DNA of 37,940 bases, from IMG/VR virus record IMGVR_UViG_3300020202_000165, positions 1 through 37,940 of that record; one strand, written 5' to 3'. The position numbers and the translations under genes are program-made. Origin of the DNA: a virus. Lineage: Duplodnaviria > Caudoviricetes. The notes under the pieces were generated by a model that saw only the letters and a program-made list of their open reading frames with translations, was not told the origin of the DNA and made no database searches. Shown in pieces: positions 8,914-17,160 of the stretch (positions within the stretch are counted from its first letter, which is position 1; every line of letters begins with the position of its first letter).

Positions 8914-9530
8914 GCACTCTGGGCACGATGATCGATCGGATCGCCGACGAGCTTGGGCGAGACAACATCTCTACTCAAATCCAGCGCTCCATCAAGACCA
9001 CTATTGCCCGCTACGAGCGCGAGCGCTTCTGGAGCACGGAGCAGAAGTGGACCGCATCCACCGCTGACGGCACGCAGAGCTACACCATGCCGGACAGCTC
9101 GGGTGAAGGTCCGCTGATCTACGCCGACAAGGCCACCATCACGGTCAACTCTCAGATCAATCACCTGGAGCGGAAGCCGCATTCGGTCATCATCGACCTG
9201 ACGACGAACACTTCCTACAAGGGCATTCCCCGGCTCTGGTCCTACTTCCAGGACGCGGTGTGGCTGTACCCGATTCCCAACGCCGTCATGACGCTGACGC
9301 TCTACGGCGTGCGGCAGCTGACCGCGCTATCGGCGACCACGGATACCAACTTCTGGATGGTCGAGGCGGAGGCGCTGATCCGCTCTGGCGCGAAGGCCGA
9401 TCTGTTCGCGCATGTGATCCGCAACTACGACGAAGCGACGGCCATGAAGGCCCTGGAGCGGGAGGAATACCTGAAGCTCCGGGGCGAGAACGACCAGCGC
9501 ATCCTAGGTGAAGTTAGGGGGTGGCTGTGA
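8910..9530 (+). CDS. Head-to-tail adaptor / tail tubular protein A-like
   Basis: MIDRIADELGR N-terminus, GIPRLWS, LYPIPN, TNFW motifs; size and position typical of podovirus adaptors. Confidence 0.7.
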   Translation: MSTLGTMIDRIADELGRDNISTQIQRSIKTTIARYERERFWSTEQKWTASTADGTQSYTMPDSSGEGPLIYADKATITVNSQINHLERKPHSVIIDLTTNTSYKGIPRLWSYFQDAVWLYPIPNAVMTLTLYGVRQLTALSATTDTNFWMVEAEALIRSGAKADLFAHVIRNYDEATAMKALEREEYLKLRGENDQRILGEVRGWL

Positions 9531-9561
9531 TGGCAGGCGCCGCAATAGTGATCGCGCCGCG

Positions 9562-9711
9562 TCAGTCGGTGTGTCGCTTCAGCGCCTCTCGCGCTTGCTG
9601 CTTGGCGCGCTCAAGGATGTCGATGCGCTCTGCTTCATCGATGTCGCGGCCCTCAAGTTCGGCGGCCATGAGCAGGTTTCGCAGCGCTTCGGCGAGATCA
9701 GTCGGTCTCAT
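9562..9711 (-). CDS. Small antisense ORF (49 aa, MRPTDLAEALRNLL...REALKRHTD), moron-like
   Basis: Read manually, below the ORF-track cutoff; SD GGGAGAG 6 nt before ATG; fills the gap between 9530 and 9769; helical and charged. Confidence 0.6.
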   Translation of the reverse strand: MRPTDLAEALRNLLMAAELEGRDIDEAERIDILERAKQQAREALKRHTD

Positions 9712-9768
9712 GTTGGGCTCTCCCGGAGGGCGTATTCAAGCACAGCTGACGGGGCAATGGGTTAACGG

Positions 9769-10185
9769 ATGACCTACACGTCTGCTCAACTTCAAAGCCT
9801 GCGGGATGAGATCGACAACGATCCCCTCACGCGCGGCTACTCCGGCATGGGTGACGAGGCTGTCGCGAACAGCCTGAACGCCGAGAACCGTACCGTGCCG
9901 GTCGAGAGCATCACCCCGGCGCTGGTTCTCTACGGCATGGTCAAGAGCGAGTGGGACGCGCTCAGCGCGGCCGACCGTCAGTACCTCGGTATCGTTCTCG
10001 GCAACGGCCCCATCGACATCCGGCAAGGCAGCCAGATCAGGGCCGCGATGCTGGCGATGTTCGGCGCACAGTCCGGCACGCGGGCAAACCTGCTGGCGAA
10101 GCTGGATCGGACTGGCAGCCGGGCGGAGGAACTTGCCCTACCGCCAGCGACGCCCTCCGACGTGGCAGAGGCGCGGAGGCTCTAA
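9769..10185 (+). CDS. Hypothetical virion-associated protein (138 aa)
   Basis: Good codon usage, in structural operon. Confidence 0.7.
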   Translation: MTYTSAQLQSLRDEIDNDPLTRGYSGMGDEAVANSLNAENRTVPVESITPALVLYGMVKSEWDALSAADRQYLGIVLGNGPIDIRQGSQIRAAMLAMFGAQSGTRANLLAKLDRTGSRAEELALPPATPSDVAEARRL

Positions 10186-10188
10186 GTC

Positions 10189-10761
10189 ATGGCGAACAAA
10201 ATCCTCGTCCAGGAGATGGACGATACCCCGCCGCAGATCCTGTTCCGCGACAGCACAGACTACGCGCCGGCAGCGGCCAACACGCTGAGCAAGGGCACGC
10301 CGACCGCCGTGCAGCTCGACATGACCAGTGTGGCGAACAACGCGGCGCGCCAGTCGGCGAAGGCCGACCTCGGGGAGCATCGCGCCCCGGCCTACGCTGT
10401 CCGCGCGGCCTTTGAGCTTGCGGCGACGCCAACGGCCGGGAACCTGATCAAGCTCTACTGGGCGCCGTCGAGCAGCAGCACCGCGGCGAACGGCAATCCC
10501 GGTGGCGTCAGTGGCTCGGACAGCGCCTATGCCGGCTACTCGTCGAACCTTGATGCGTCGCTTAAGCAGCTCCAGTTGATCGGCAGCTTCGTTTGCACGG
10601 CCCAAGCCACAGGGACGGTGCAGGTTGCCGAGTGTGGCGTGTTCTACCCGACCGAGCGCTACGGCACCCTGATCGTGGACAACGATAGCGGCGCAGCGTT
10701 CCACAGCGACGCGGTGGAAATTTCCGTCGTGTTCGATCCGATCATCCCGGAAGTGCAGTGA
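10189..10761 (+). CDS. Putative virion structural protein, beta-rich (190 aa)
   Basis: Ala/Ser/Thr-rich; GTGA coupling to next gene. Confidence 0.7.
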   Translation: MANKILVQEMDDTPPQILFRDSTDYAPAAANTLSKGTPTAVQLDMTSVANNAARQSAKADLGEHRAPAYAVRAAFELAATPTAGNLIKLYWAPSSSSTAANGNPGGVSGSDSAYAGYSSNLDASLKQLQLIGSFVCTAQATGTVQVAECGVFYPTERYGTLIVDNDSGAAFHSDAVEISVVFDPIIPEVQ

Positions 10762-11642
10762 TCCACCGCGCCAACATCCTCGCATCGTGCGAGCCGAGCG
10801 ACATCCTGGCTCGGCCTTACGCCTATATGGTGGACCAGCGCCATCGTCTGGCGAAAGACATGGCGTTCTGCATTCCTGGCGGCTTCAACCTTTTTATGGA
10901 CATCACGCGGGCCAGTTCCGCGTTGTTCAAGGAGGTGAACGCCAACATCTCTTTGCAAGCCTCAGCTTACGGGGCGGCATGGAAGTTCGGCACGGCCGAC
11001 AATACCAAGATCGACTTCGGCACGACCCAACCGATTGTCACTGACGACGGAGCGGGAACGGGCAGTTTCACGGTTGCCTGCGTATCCAATCCACCCGCGG
11101 CAGCCGCCGAATACGATCAGATCGGCCAGCGGTTGGGCGTCAACCCGGCCAATCAATGGCGCCTCATGGCGAACATTGATGACGATTTCAATGTTGCATC
11201 TGGCAAGTTCACATTTGGAACATTTGCCACCGCCGCAAGCGGTGCCGAAACGGCGAACACTGCGGTTGACGGGAGCTTGCATGCCTGGGTCGGGCGCCGC
11301 GTAACTGGCGGTGGCAGTTCGACGCATACGATCTGGCGTGATGGTGTCGATGCGACCGCGGCCACCAGCAGCACAACTACGCGTGACGTGACCGTTGGAA
11401 CGCAGAGTTTCGCGATTGGCGGCCTACCTGGCGGCGCCGCGGTGGTGAGCGCCAACTCCTCTATCCCGATCTCGTGCGGCTGGAATCGCGCCCTCTCCGA
11501 TGACGAGATATGGGAGTGGTCGCAAAACCCATTCTGCATGATCGTGCCGCGCTTCGCGTTGATTGTAGGCACGGCGCCTGCGGCGGCGGCCTCCAGCATC
11601 CCAGTCTTCATGCACAACTATCGTAGGCGGCGCGCGGCATGA
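10758..11642 (+). CDS. LamG/concanavalin A-like lectin-fold virion protein (putative)
   Basis: HAWVGRR...TIWRDGVD...FAIGG...WNRALSDDEI pattern of LamG-like jellyrolls. Confidence 0.7.
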   Translation: MIHRANILASCEPSDILARPYAYMVDQRHRLAKDMAFCIPGGFNLFMDITRASSALFKEVNANISLQASAYGAAWKFGTADNTKIDFGTTQPIVTDDGAGTGSFTVACVSNPPAAAAEYDQIGQRLGVNPANQWRLMANIDDDFNVASGKFTFGTFATAASGAETANTAVDGSLHAWVGRRVTGGGSSTHTIWRDGVDATAATSSTTTRDVTVGTQSFAIGGLPGGAAVVSANSSIPISCGWNRALSDDEIWEWSQNPFCMIVPRFALIVGTAPAAAASSIPVFMHNYRRRRAA

Positions 11643-12763
11643 GGTTCCTGAAGCAATCCACAGCCGTGGACCTGGCACTCGGCCCGTTCCTCGACGCGAC
11701 CGATGGTGTCACCGCCGAAACCGGCCTGACGATCAGCCAGGCCGACGTGCGGCTGAAGAAGAACGCCGGGGCCTGGGCACAGAAGAACGATGCCAACGCG
11801 GCGACGCACGAGGAAAACGGCTGGTACGAAACCCCGCTCAACACCACCGACACCGACACGCTCGGCGTTCTGATGATCGCGGTTCACGAGAGCGGCGCGC
11901 TGCCCGTTTGGCACGAGTTCATGGTGGTGCCGGCGAACGTCTATGACAGCCTGTTCTCGACTGACAAGCTGGAGGTGGACGTTGCGCAGTTCGGCGGGTC
12001 GAACCTGACGGCATCCGGTGGACGCCCTGAGGTCAACACGTCGCACATCGCCGGTTCTGCCGTCTCGACCAGTTCAGCGCAGATTGGCGTCAACGTGGTG
12101 CAGGTTTCCGGCGACGCGACGGCGGCCGACAACGCCGAAGCCTTCTTCGATGGCACTGGCTATGCCGGCACGAACAATGTGATCCCGACCGTCACCAGCG
12201 TCACGAACGCTGTCAGCGCCAATGTCACGCAGATTTCCGGGGACAGCACTGCTGCGGACAATCTTGAGGCGGTACTTGATGGAACCGGAGGTGTGACGCT
12301 GGTTGCTTCGGCGATCACCTTGACGACCCCGATCACCGCCAACGCAACCCAGATCAGCGGCGACAGCGGCGCGGCGGATAATGCGGAGGCATTTTTCGAC
12401 GGCACGGGGTACGCGGGCACGAACAACGTCATCCCCACGGTGACCTCGGCCGGACTCTCCGCCGCTGCCGTGGACGCGATTTGGGACGAAGAGCAGTCCG
12501 GTCACACCACGGCCGGCACCTTCGGCAAGTACCTCGATCAGCAGCTAACCACGCTGCTCACCACGGCAATGACGGAAGCCTACGCGGCCGATGGCGCGAC
12601 GATGACCGTTGCGCAGGCGCTCTATGAGATTGCCCAGAGCATCGGCGAGTTCTCGATTTCCGGCACCACCCTGACGGTGAAGAAGCGCGACGGCTCGACG
12701 ACGGCCGCCACCTACACGCTCAACGACAGTTCGTCTCCGACCTCGCGCACGCGGGCGAGCTGA
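11639..12763 (+). CDS. Virion structural/fibre-like protein with internal repeats
   Basis: Thr/Ala/Ser/Gly-rich; repeats QxSGDxxAADNxEAxxDGTG; AVDAIWDE motif. Confidence 0.75.
   Translation: MRFLKQSTAVDLALGPFLDATDGVTAETGLTISQADVRLKKNAGAWAQKNDANAATHEENGWYETPLNTTDTDTLGVLMIAVHESGALPVWHEFMVVPANVYDSLFSTDKLEVDVAQFGGSNLTASGGRPEVNTSHIAGSAVSTSSAQIGVNVVQVSGDATAADNAEAFFDGTGYAGTNNVIPTVTSVTNAVSANVTQISGDSTAADNLEAVLDGTGGVTLVASAITLTTPITANATQISGDSGAADNAEAFFDGTGYAGTNNVIPTVTSAGLSAAAVDAIWDEEQSGHTTAGTFGKYLDQQLTTLLTTAMTEAYAADGATMTVAQALYEIAQSIGEFSISGTTLTVKKRDGSTTAATYTLNDSSSPTSRTRAS
12101..12448 (+). repeat. Intragenic repeat: 33-aa units at 12101-12199 and 12350-12448, 20-aa partial unit at 12230-12289
   Basis: QVSGDATAADNAEAFFDGTGYAGTNNVIPTVTS vs QISGDSGAADNAEAFFDGTGYAGTNNVIPTVTS (30/33 identical). 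Confidence 0.9.
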
Positions 12764-12972
12764 TGGCGATCAAGGACATCATCGTTCCCGGCTTCGTTGG
12801 AACCGACACGATCAAGTGGATCGTCACGCGCGGCCTGTCACTCGGCGCCGTTGCTGACGAATGGACGCCCGTATCTCCAGGCTCCGGCTCATGGACTGCG
12901 GCCAGTCCAACAGCGGCGTCATGGACTCCAGCATCGGCAGGGAGCGGCACTTGGACGCCGGTTGATCCCTGA
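12763..12972 (+). CDS. Small virion protein with four 10-aa WT(P/A)xS repeats
   Basis: TGATG coupling on both sides; EWTPVSPGSG-SWTAASPTAA-SWTPASAGSG-TWTPVDP. Confidence 0.7.
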   Translation: MAIKDIIVPGFVGTDTIKWIVTRGLSLGAVADEWTPVSPGSGSWTAASPTAASWTPASAGSGTWTPVDP

Positions 12973-14450
12973 TGCCGTTCAAGGTCCTCCCTTACGCAGA
13001 ATGGCTGCCCGACCTCCCCGATTGGAACAACCCGGGCGCCACGGTCGCGACCAACGTCATTCCCGGCCCGAACAGCTATCGGCCGTTTCCGGGCTCGACT
13101 GTCGTTTCCGGGGCGATGGCGGAGAGGGTGCAAGGCGCCTTCGCTTGCACGGATAATGACGGCAACACCGTTGTCTTCGCCGGCACCGCGACCAAGCTCT
13201 ACAAGTTCTCCAACGCTGATTCGACCTGGGAGGATGTGACGCGCGCCTCGGGTGGCGCCTATGCCACGGAGGCAGACGGGTTCTGGAGCTTTTGCAAGTT
13301 CGGCACGCGCATCATCGCGACCAATTTTGTTGATGACGTGCAATCCTACGTGCTCGGCTCATCGACGGATTTCGCGGCGCTCTCCGGCTCTCCCCCGCGC
13401 GCAAAGTTCTGCTGTGTCGCTGGCGAGCAAGTGTTTCTCGGCAGGCTCTCGACCGATCCCCAGGGGGTGGCCTGGTGCGGCATCGATGACCCGACCACCT
13501 GGTCTTCCTCGCAGACCACGCTGGCGGACAGCCAGAGCCTCGTCGGCGATGGCGGGCACGTCACCGGCCTTGTGGGCGGCGAGTATGTGACGGTCTTCCA
13601 GGAGCGCTCGATCTTCCGCGGCGACTTCATCGGCGCGCCCGTCATCTGGCAGTTCCGCGAGATGGTGAAGAATCGCGGCTGCAAGGCGCCACAATCGATC
13701 GTGCCGGTGAACCAGTCGGCGTTCTTCCTCGCCGATGACGGCTGGTACATGTGGAACGGCGTAGGGGTCCAGGGCATCGGCAAGAACAAGGTGGACAAGA
13801 CCTTCTATTCGCTGCTGGACCAGGACTACCTCTATCGCATCAACGGCACGGTTGACCCGATCAACTCCCTGGTCATGTGGGGCTTCCCCTCGGGTGCCAC
13901 GGCAGGCACGCCGAACCGCATCCTGATCTTCAACTACTCGATTGGCAGATGGTCGCAGATTACCGGCGTGGAATACGAGTTGCTGTTCCCCGACCTGTCC
14001 AAGGGTTACACGCTTGAGCAGCTGGACGCGATCAGCGCGAGCATCGAGACGTTGCCGTTCTCGCTCGACTCGCGCGCGTGGACCGGCGGCAATCTGCTGC
14101 TGGCGGCGTTCAACACGGACCACAAGCTGGTTGCCTTCACCTCGACCTATCTCGCGGCGACGCTGGAGACCGGAGAGGTGGAGCTGGGCGGTGCGGAGCG
14201 CGCGTTCATTTCCAACGTGCGGCCGATAGTCGAGGGAACCTCGGTCACCGTCACGTCGGCGCTCGGCTATCGCGAGACCTCGGGAGCCTCGCCTTCCTAC
14301 ACCTCAGCCGTTTCGCAGAACACGCACGGCTACTGCCCGATGCGCAACTCGTCGCGCAAGCACCGGGTGAGGGTTTCCATCGCTGCCGCCGGCACCTGGA
14401 CGCATGCCGTCGCGGCGGAAGTCGAGTGGCGTCGTGATGGCCGCCGCTAA
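12972..14450 (+). CDS. Tail nozzle / DNA stabilization protein (P22 gp10 or tail tubular B-like beta-propeller)
   Basis: 492 aa; EWLPD N-terminus, DPTTWS, RGCKAPQSIV, AFFLADDGWYMWNG, IGKNKVD motifs; upstream of ejection genes. Confidence 0.75.
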   Translation: MPFKVLPYAEWLPDLPDWNNPGATVATNVIPGPNSYRPFPGSTVVSGAMAERVQGAFACTDNDGNTVVFAGTATKLYKFSNADSTWEDVTRASGGAYATEADGFWSFCKFGTRIIATNFVDDVQSYVLGSSTDFAALSGSPPRAKFCCVAGEQVFLGRLSTDPQGVAWCGIDDPTTWSSSQTTLADSQSLVGDGGHVTGLVGGEYVTVFQERSIFRGDFIGAPVIWQFREMVKNRGCKAPQSIVPVNQSAFFLADDGWYMWNGVGVQGIGKNKVDKTFYSLLDQDYLYRINGTVDPINSLVMWGFPSGATAGTPNRILIFNYSIGRWSQITGVEYELLFPDLSKGYTLEQLDAISASIETLPFSLDSRAWTGGNLLLAAFNTDHKLVAFTSTYLAATLETGEVELGGAERAFISNVRPIVEGTSVTVTSALGYRETSGASPSYTSAVSQNTHGYCPMRNSSRKHRVRVSIAAAGTWTHAVAAEVEWRRDGRR

Positions 14451-14472
14451 TCGAGAGGAGGTGATCCAGTCT

Positions 14473-14523
14473 ATGGCGAAGGGTAAACCGAAGCCGACCC
14501 GCAAGGGTGGGAAAGGCTGCTGA
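14473..14523 (+). CDS. 16-aa basic micro-protein MAKGKPKPTRKGGKGC
   Basis: Very strong SD AGGAGGTGATCC at 14456-14467; stop overlaps next start (TGATG). Confidence 0.55.
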   Translation: MAKGKPKPTRKGGKGC

Positions 14524-14846
14524 TGGCAACGACCTTCCGCGGCCTAGGAGGCTTCCCCGGCAGCATCGAGACTGCATGGCACGTCTTGCGCGTGGCCTTC
14601 AACAGCATGCTTGCCGGGAAGCTGAACTGCACCGGCTCCGTGACGCTTACGGCCAGCGCCACCAGCACCACGCTCACGGACACCCGGATCGGCGGGTCGA
14701 GCGTGATCCTATTCTGCCCGACCACTGATGATGCCCGCACGTCAGGCGTCCCGAAGGTCTCCGCAAAGGCCGATGGCTCGGCGACGCTGGGGCATACCTC
14801 GGACGCATCCACCACCCGGACCTATGACTATGTTGTCATCGGCTGA
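14523..14846 (+). CDS. Small virion protein (107 aa), Thr/Ser-rich
   Basis: GKLNCTGSVTL...YDYVVIG; follows nozzle gene. Confidence 0.7.
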   Translation: MATTFRGLGGFPGSIETAWHVLRVAFNSMLAGKLNCTGSVTLTASATSTTLTDTRIGGSSVILFCPTTDDARTSGVPKVSAKADGSATLGHTSDASTTRTYDYVVIG

Positions 14847-15294
14847 AGCAACAACCATGCCAACCGAGCCGGCCGAGGCTCCCGAGACTGAACTGGTCCC
14901 GGTCCCGGCCGACCAACTGCTGTCCGTTGCAAGGGCCGTGGGGCCGCTTCTGGAGCCCGCCCTGGCACGGGAGGGCGACCTGCGGGTCATAGACGTGTTC
15001 CGCAAGATCCTGGCCCAGGAATGGCAGCTTTGGGCCGTCCAGAAGGATGGGGAAATCGTCTGCGCCCTGGTGACCGCCCTGGCGATCAGACCCATGGCGA
15101 AAGTCCTGCAACTGAGGTATGTTGGCGGTGACAACATAGACGCCTGTTTGGAGCACCTGCCGACCGTCGAGGCGTGGGCTCGCCAGCTGGGCGCGGTGCG
15201 GGTGGAGGTGGTTGGGCGCAAGGGCTGGAAGCGGAAGCTTGCCGGCTACCAGCAGACGGACGTGATCCTGCGGAAGGTGTTGGCCGATGTCTAA
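14830..15294 (+). CDS. GNAT-like tail assembly / internal virion protein A-like
   Basis: WQLWAV, LRYVGG, VEAWARQLGAVRVEVVGRKGWKRKL pattern; usual slot before ejection proteins; start uncertain (14830 or 14857). Confidence 0.6.
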   Translation: MLSSAEATTMPTEPAEAPETELVPVPADQLLSVARAVGPLLEPALAREGDLRVIDVFRKILAQEWQLWAVQKDGEIVCALVTALAIRPMAKVLQLRYVGGDNIDACLEHLPTVEAWARQLGAVRVEVVGRKGWKRKLAGYQQTDVILRKVLADV

Positions 15295-16234
15295 CGAAAC
15301 CGAGACGGTCTCGACCACGCAGACGGCCTCCCCGTCGCTGCCGAACATGCCCTTCCTGTCGCAGGGCTTCTCCGAAGCGGCGCGGTTGTACAATCAGGGT
15401 GCGCAGGTTCCCGACGCCTACAAGGCAATCGAGACGCGCCTGTTAGGGCCGTCCGGCCAGCACGCCTCGGACTGGAACCGCCGCGCGGCTGACACGGTGG
15501 CGCAGTACGCGACAGGCCACCACGGCCAGTATTTTACCAGTCCGACGCTCCAACGCTTTATGTCCGGAGAGATGCTGTCACCGGACAGCAACCCGTGGCT
15601 TAAGGGCGCCTACGAGGACGCGGCGGGGGCACTGCGTGGGCAGATCAGCTCGCAGTTCGCCGGGTCGGGCCGTTACGGCTCCGGCGCCAATCAGGAAATC
15701 CTCGGTCGCAACCTCGGGCAGCTCGCCAACCAGATGTACGGCGGCGCGTATCAGCAGGGCATCGGCCAGATGCTTTCCGCCGGCATGATGGATTCGCAGC
15801 TGCAATCCCAGGACACCGGCCGGCGCATGCAGGCGGCGGCGATGGTGCCGGGCCTGATGGACTCCGACCTGAACAGCCTGTTCAAGCTGGGATTGGTTCA
15901 GCAGGGCCAGATCAATGCTCCATGGGAGAACTTGCAGCGCTACATGGGCGTGGTCAACCCGGGGATCAACTTCGGCGGCTCGACCACTTCGCAGCAGCCG
16001 TATTTCAGCAATCCGGTAGGGCAGGGCATCGGCCTGCTTGGCTCCGGTCTCTCGGCGGCGAACATGGCGTTCGGCCAGAACGGGCTGTTCCCCGGCGCGG
16101 CGCAGAGCGGCGCGTCGAACCTGTGGAACTGGGCGAGCACCGATCCGTTCGGCTTCTCGCTGCCGTCGGCCTCCGAACTCGGCTTCCTGACCAATCAGGC
16201 CAACGCCTACCTTGATGCGGGCATCGCCCTCTGA
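15287..16234 (+). CDS. DNA ejection / internal virion protein 1
   Basis: Gly/Gln/Ser-rich, SQFAGSGRYGSG motif, hydrophobic Gly-rich C-terminus. Confidence 0.65.
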   Translation: MSNETETVSTTQTASPSLPNMPFLSQGFSEAARLYNQGAQVPDAYKAIETRLLGPSGQHASDWNRRAADTVAQYATGHHGQYFTSPTLQRFMSGEMLSPDSNPWLKGAYEDAAGALRGQISSQFAGSGRYGSGANQEILGRNLGQLANQMYGGAYQQGIGQMLSAGMMDSQLQSQDTGRRMQAAAMVPGLMDSDLNSLFKLGLVQQGQINAPWENLQRYMGVVNPGINFGGSTTSQQPYFSNPVGQGIGLLGSGLSAANMAFGQNGLFPGAAQSGASNLWNWASTDPFGFSLPSASELGFLTNQANAYLDAGIAL

Positions 16235-17157
16235 TGGCGCTGGTAGACCAAGGCCACATCGACCCCTTCGGCGGATATGGAGGACTGCTGTCCTCTCCGC
16301 GGTACGGGACGATCTACAACCCGCCGGAGACAGGCGGCGGCCTGCTGAGCAATCCGCTTACGGGCATGGGCGCCTCGGCGCTGTTCCGCGGCGCCAAGAG
16401 CTTTTTCAACGGCGGCAACCCGTTCACTTCGGCCGGCGCTTCGCTTGCCAATGCCGGCGCGGGGTGGCTGGGCTCGAAGCTCGGCACCTGGGGCGACGGG
16501 AATGCCGGGTCGAGCATCGGCGGCGCGGTTGGTGGATTCGCCGGCTCGTTCCTCCCGGTCCCGGCTTTGGGGACCTTGCTCGGTTCGGCGATCGGCTCGG
16601 CGATTGGCGGCAACTTCGGCCCGCCGCCCACGGTCGGCCCGAATGCCCAGGCCTGGCTCGGCAACCAGGGCGGCCGGCTCGGCGTCATGGGGAGTTCCGG
16701 CGACAACGGGCTCAACGCATCAACCATGCCGGGGCTGCTGGGCAACGCGCTCAACTACGCCAACCAGTTCCCGATGATCGGTGAACTGCCCCGCCACTTC
16801 CAAGTGAGGGGCGGCGAGAACCGCATGCAGCCGACCATCGAGATCGGCGGGTTCATGGCGCCGATGCTCAACGACCAATCGCTTGCACGAGCGATGGCAA
16901 AGCGCGGGCTGTTGAATGCCCCTGGGATCGGCGAGGACCCGACGCGCATCTTCACCGGCACGAACTGGGTCGAGCCGGAGAGCATCCATCCGCTGTGGGC
17001 CGGCGGCATTCACGAGGTGCCGAATACCGGCTTCCTGTCGCTCGACACCGGCCGGGTAGGCAACGCCGTTCCGCAAGCCTATGCGCGGCTCGCCGAGCTG
17101 GGCGTGCCGGCCAACGACTCCACGCTTCGTCAATTCGCGCTCGGCGCCTACGGGTGA
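16234..17157 (+). CDS. DNA ejection / internal virion protein 2 (glycine-zipper)
   Basis: GSSIGGAVGGFAGSFLPVPALGTLLGSAIGSAIGG glycine zipper; TGATG coupling. Confidence 0.6.
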   Translation: MALVDQGHIDPFGGYGGLLSSPRYGTIYNPPETGGGLLSNPLTGMGASALFRGAKSFFNGGNPFTSAGASLANAGAGWLGSKLGTWGDGNAGSSIGGAVGGFAGSFLPVPALGTLLGSAIGSAIGGNFGPPPTVGPNAQAWLGNQGGRLGVMGSSGDNGLNASTMPGLLGNALNYANQFPMIGELPRHFQVRGGENRMQPTIEIGGFMAPMLNDQSLARAMAKRGLLNAPGIGEDPTRIFTGTNWVEPESIHPLWAGGIHEVPNTGFLSLDTGRVGNAVPQAYARLAELGVPANDSTLRQFALGAYG

Positions 17158-17160
17158 GCC

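Noticed and set aside
9521-9772. 83-aa + strand ORF after the adaptor
   Set aside because: Ser/Arg-rich shadow of the better-supported - strand ORF 9562-9711
12101-12448. Repeat pair as a diversity-generating retroelement TR/VR
   Set aside because: Differences are synonymous and not adenine-specific, both copies are in one ORF, and no reverse transcriptase is present
14456-14469. 16S rRNA gene fragment
   Set aside because: Only 14 nt, in antisense orientation and positioned as a ribosome-binding site
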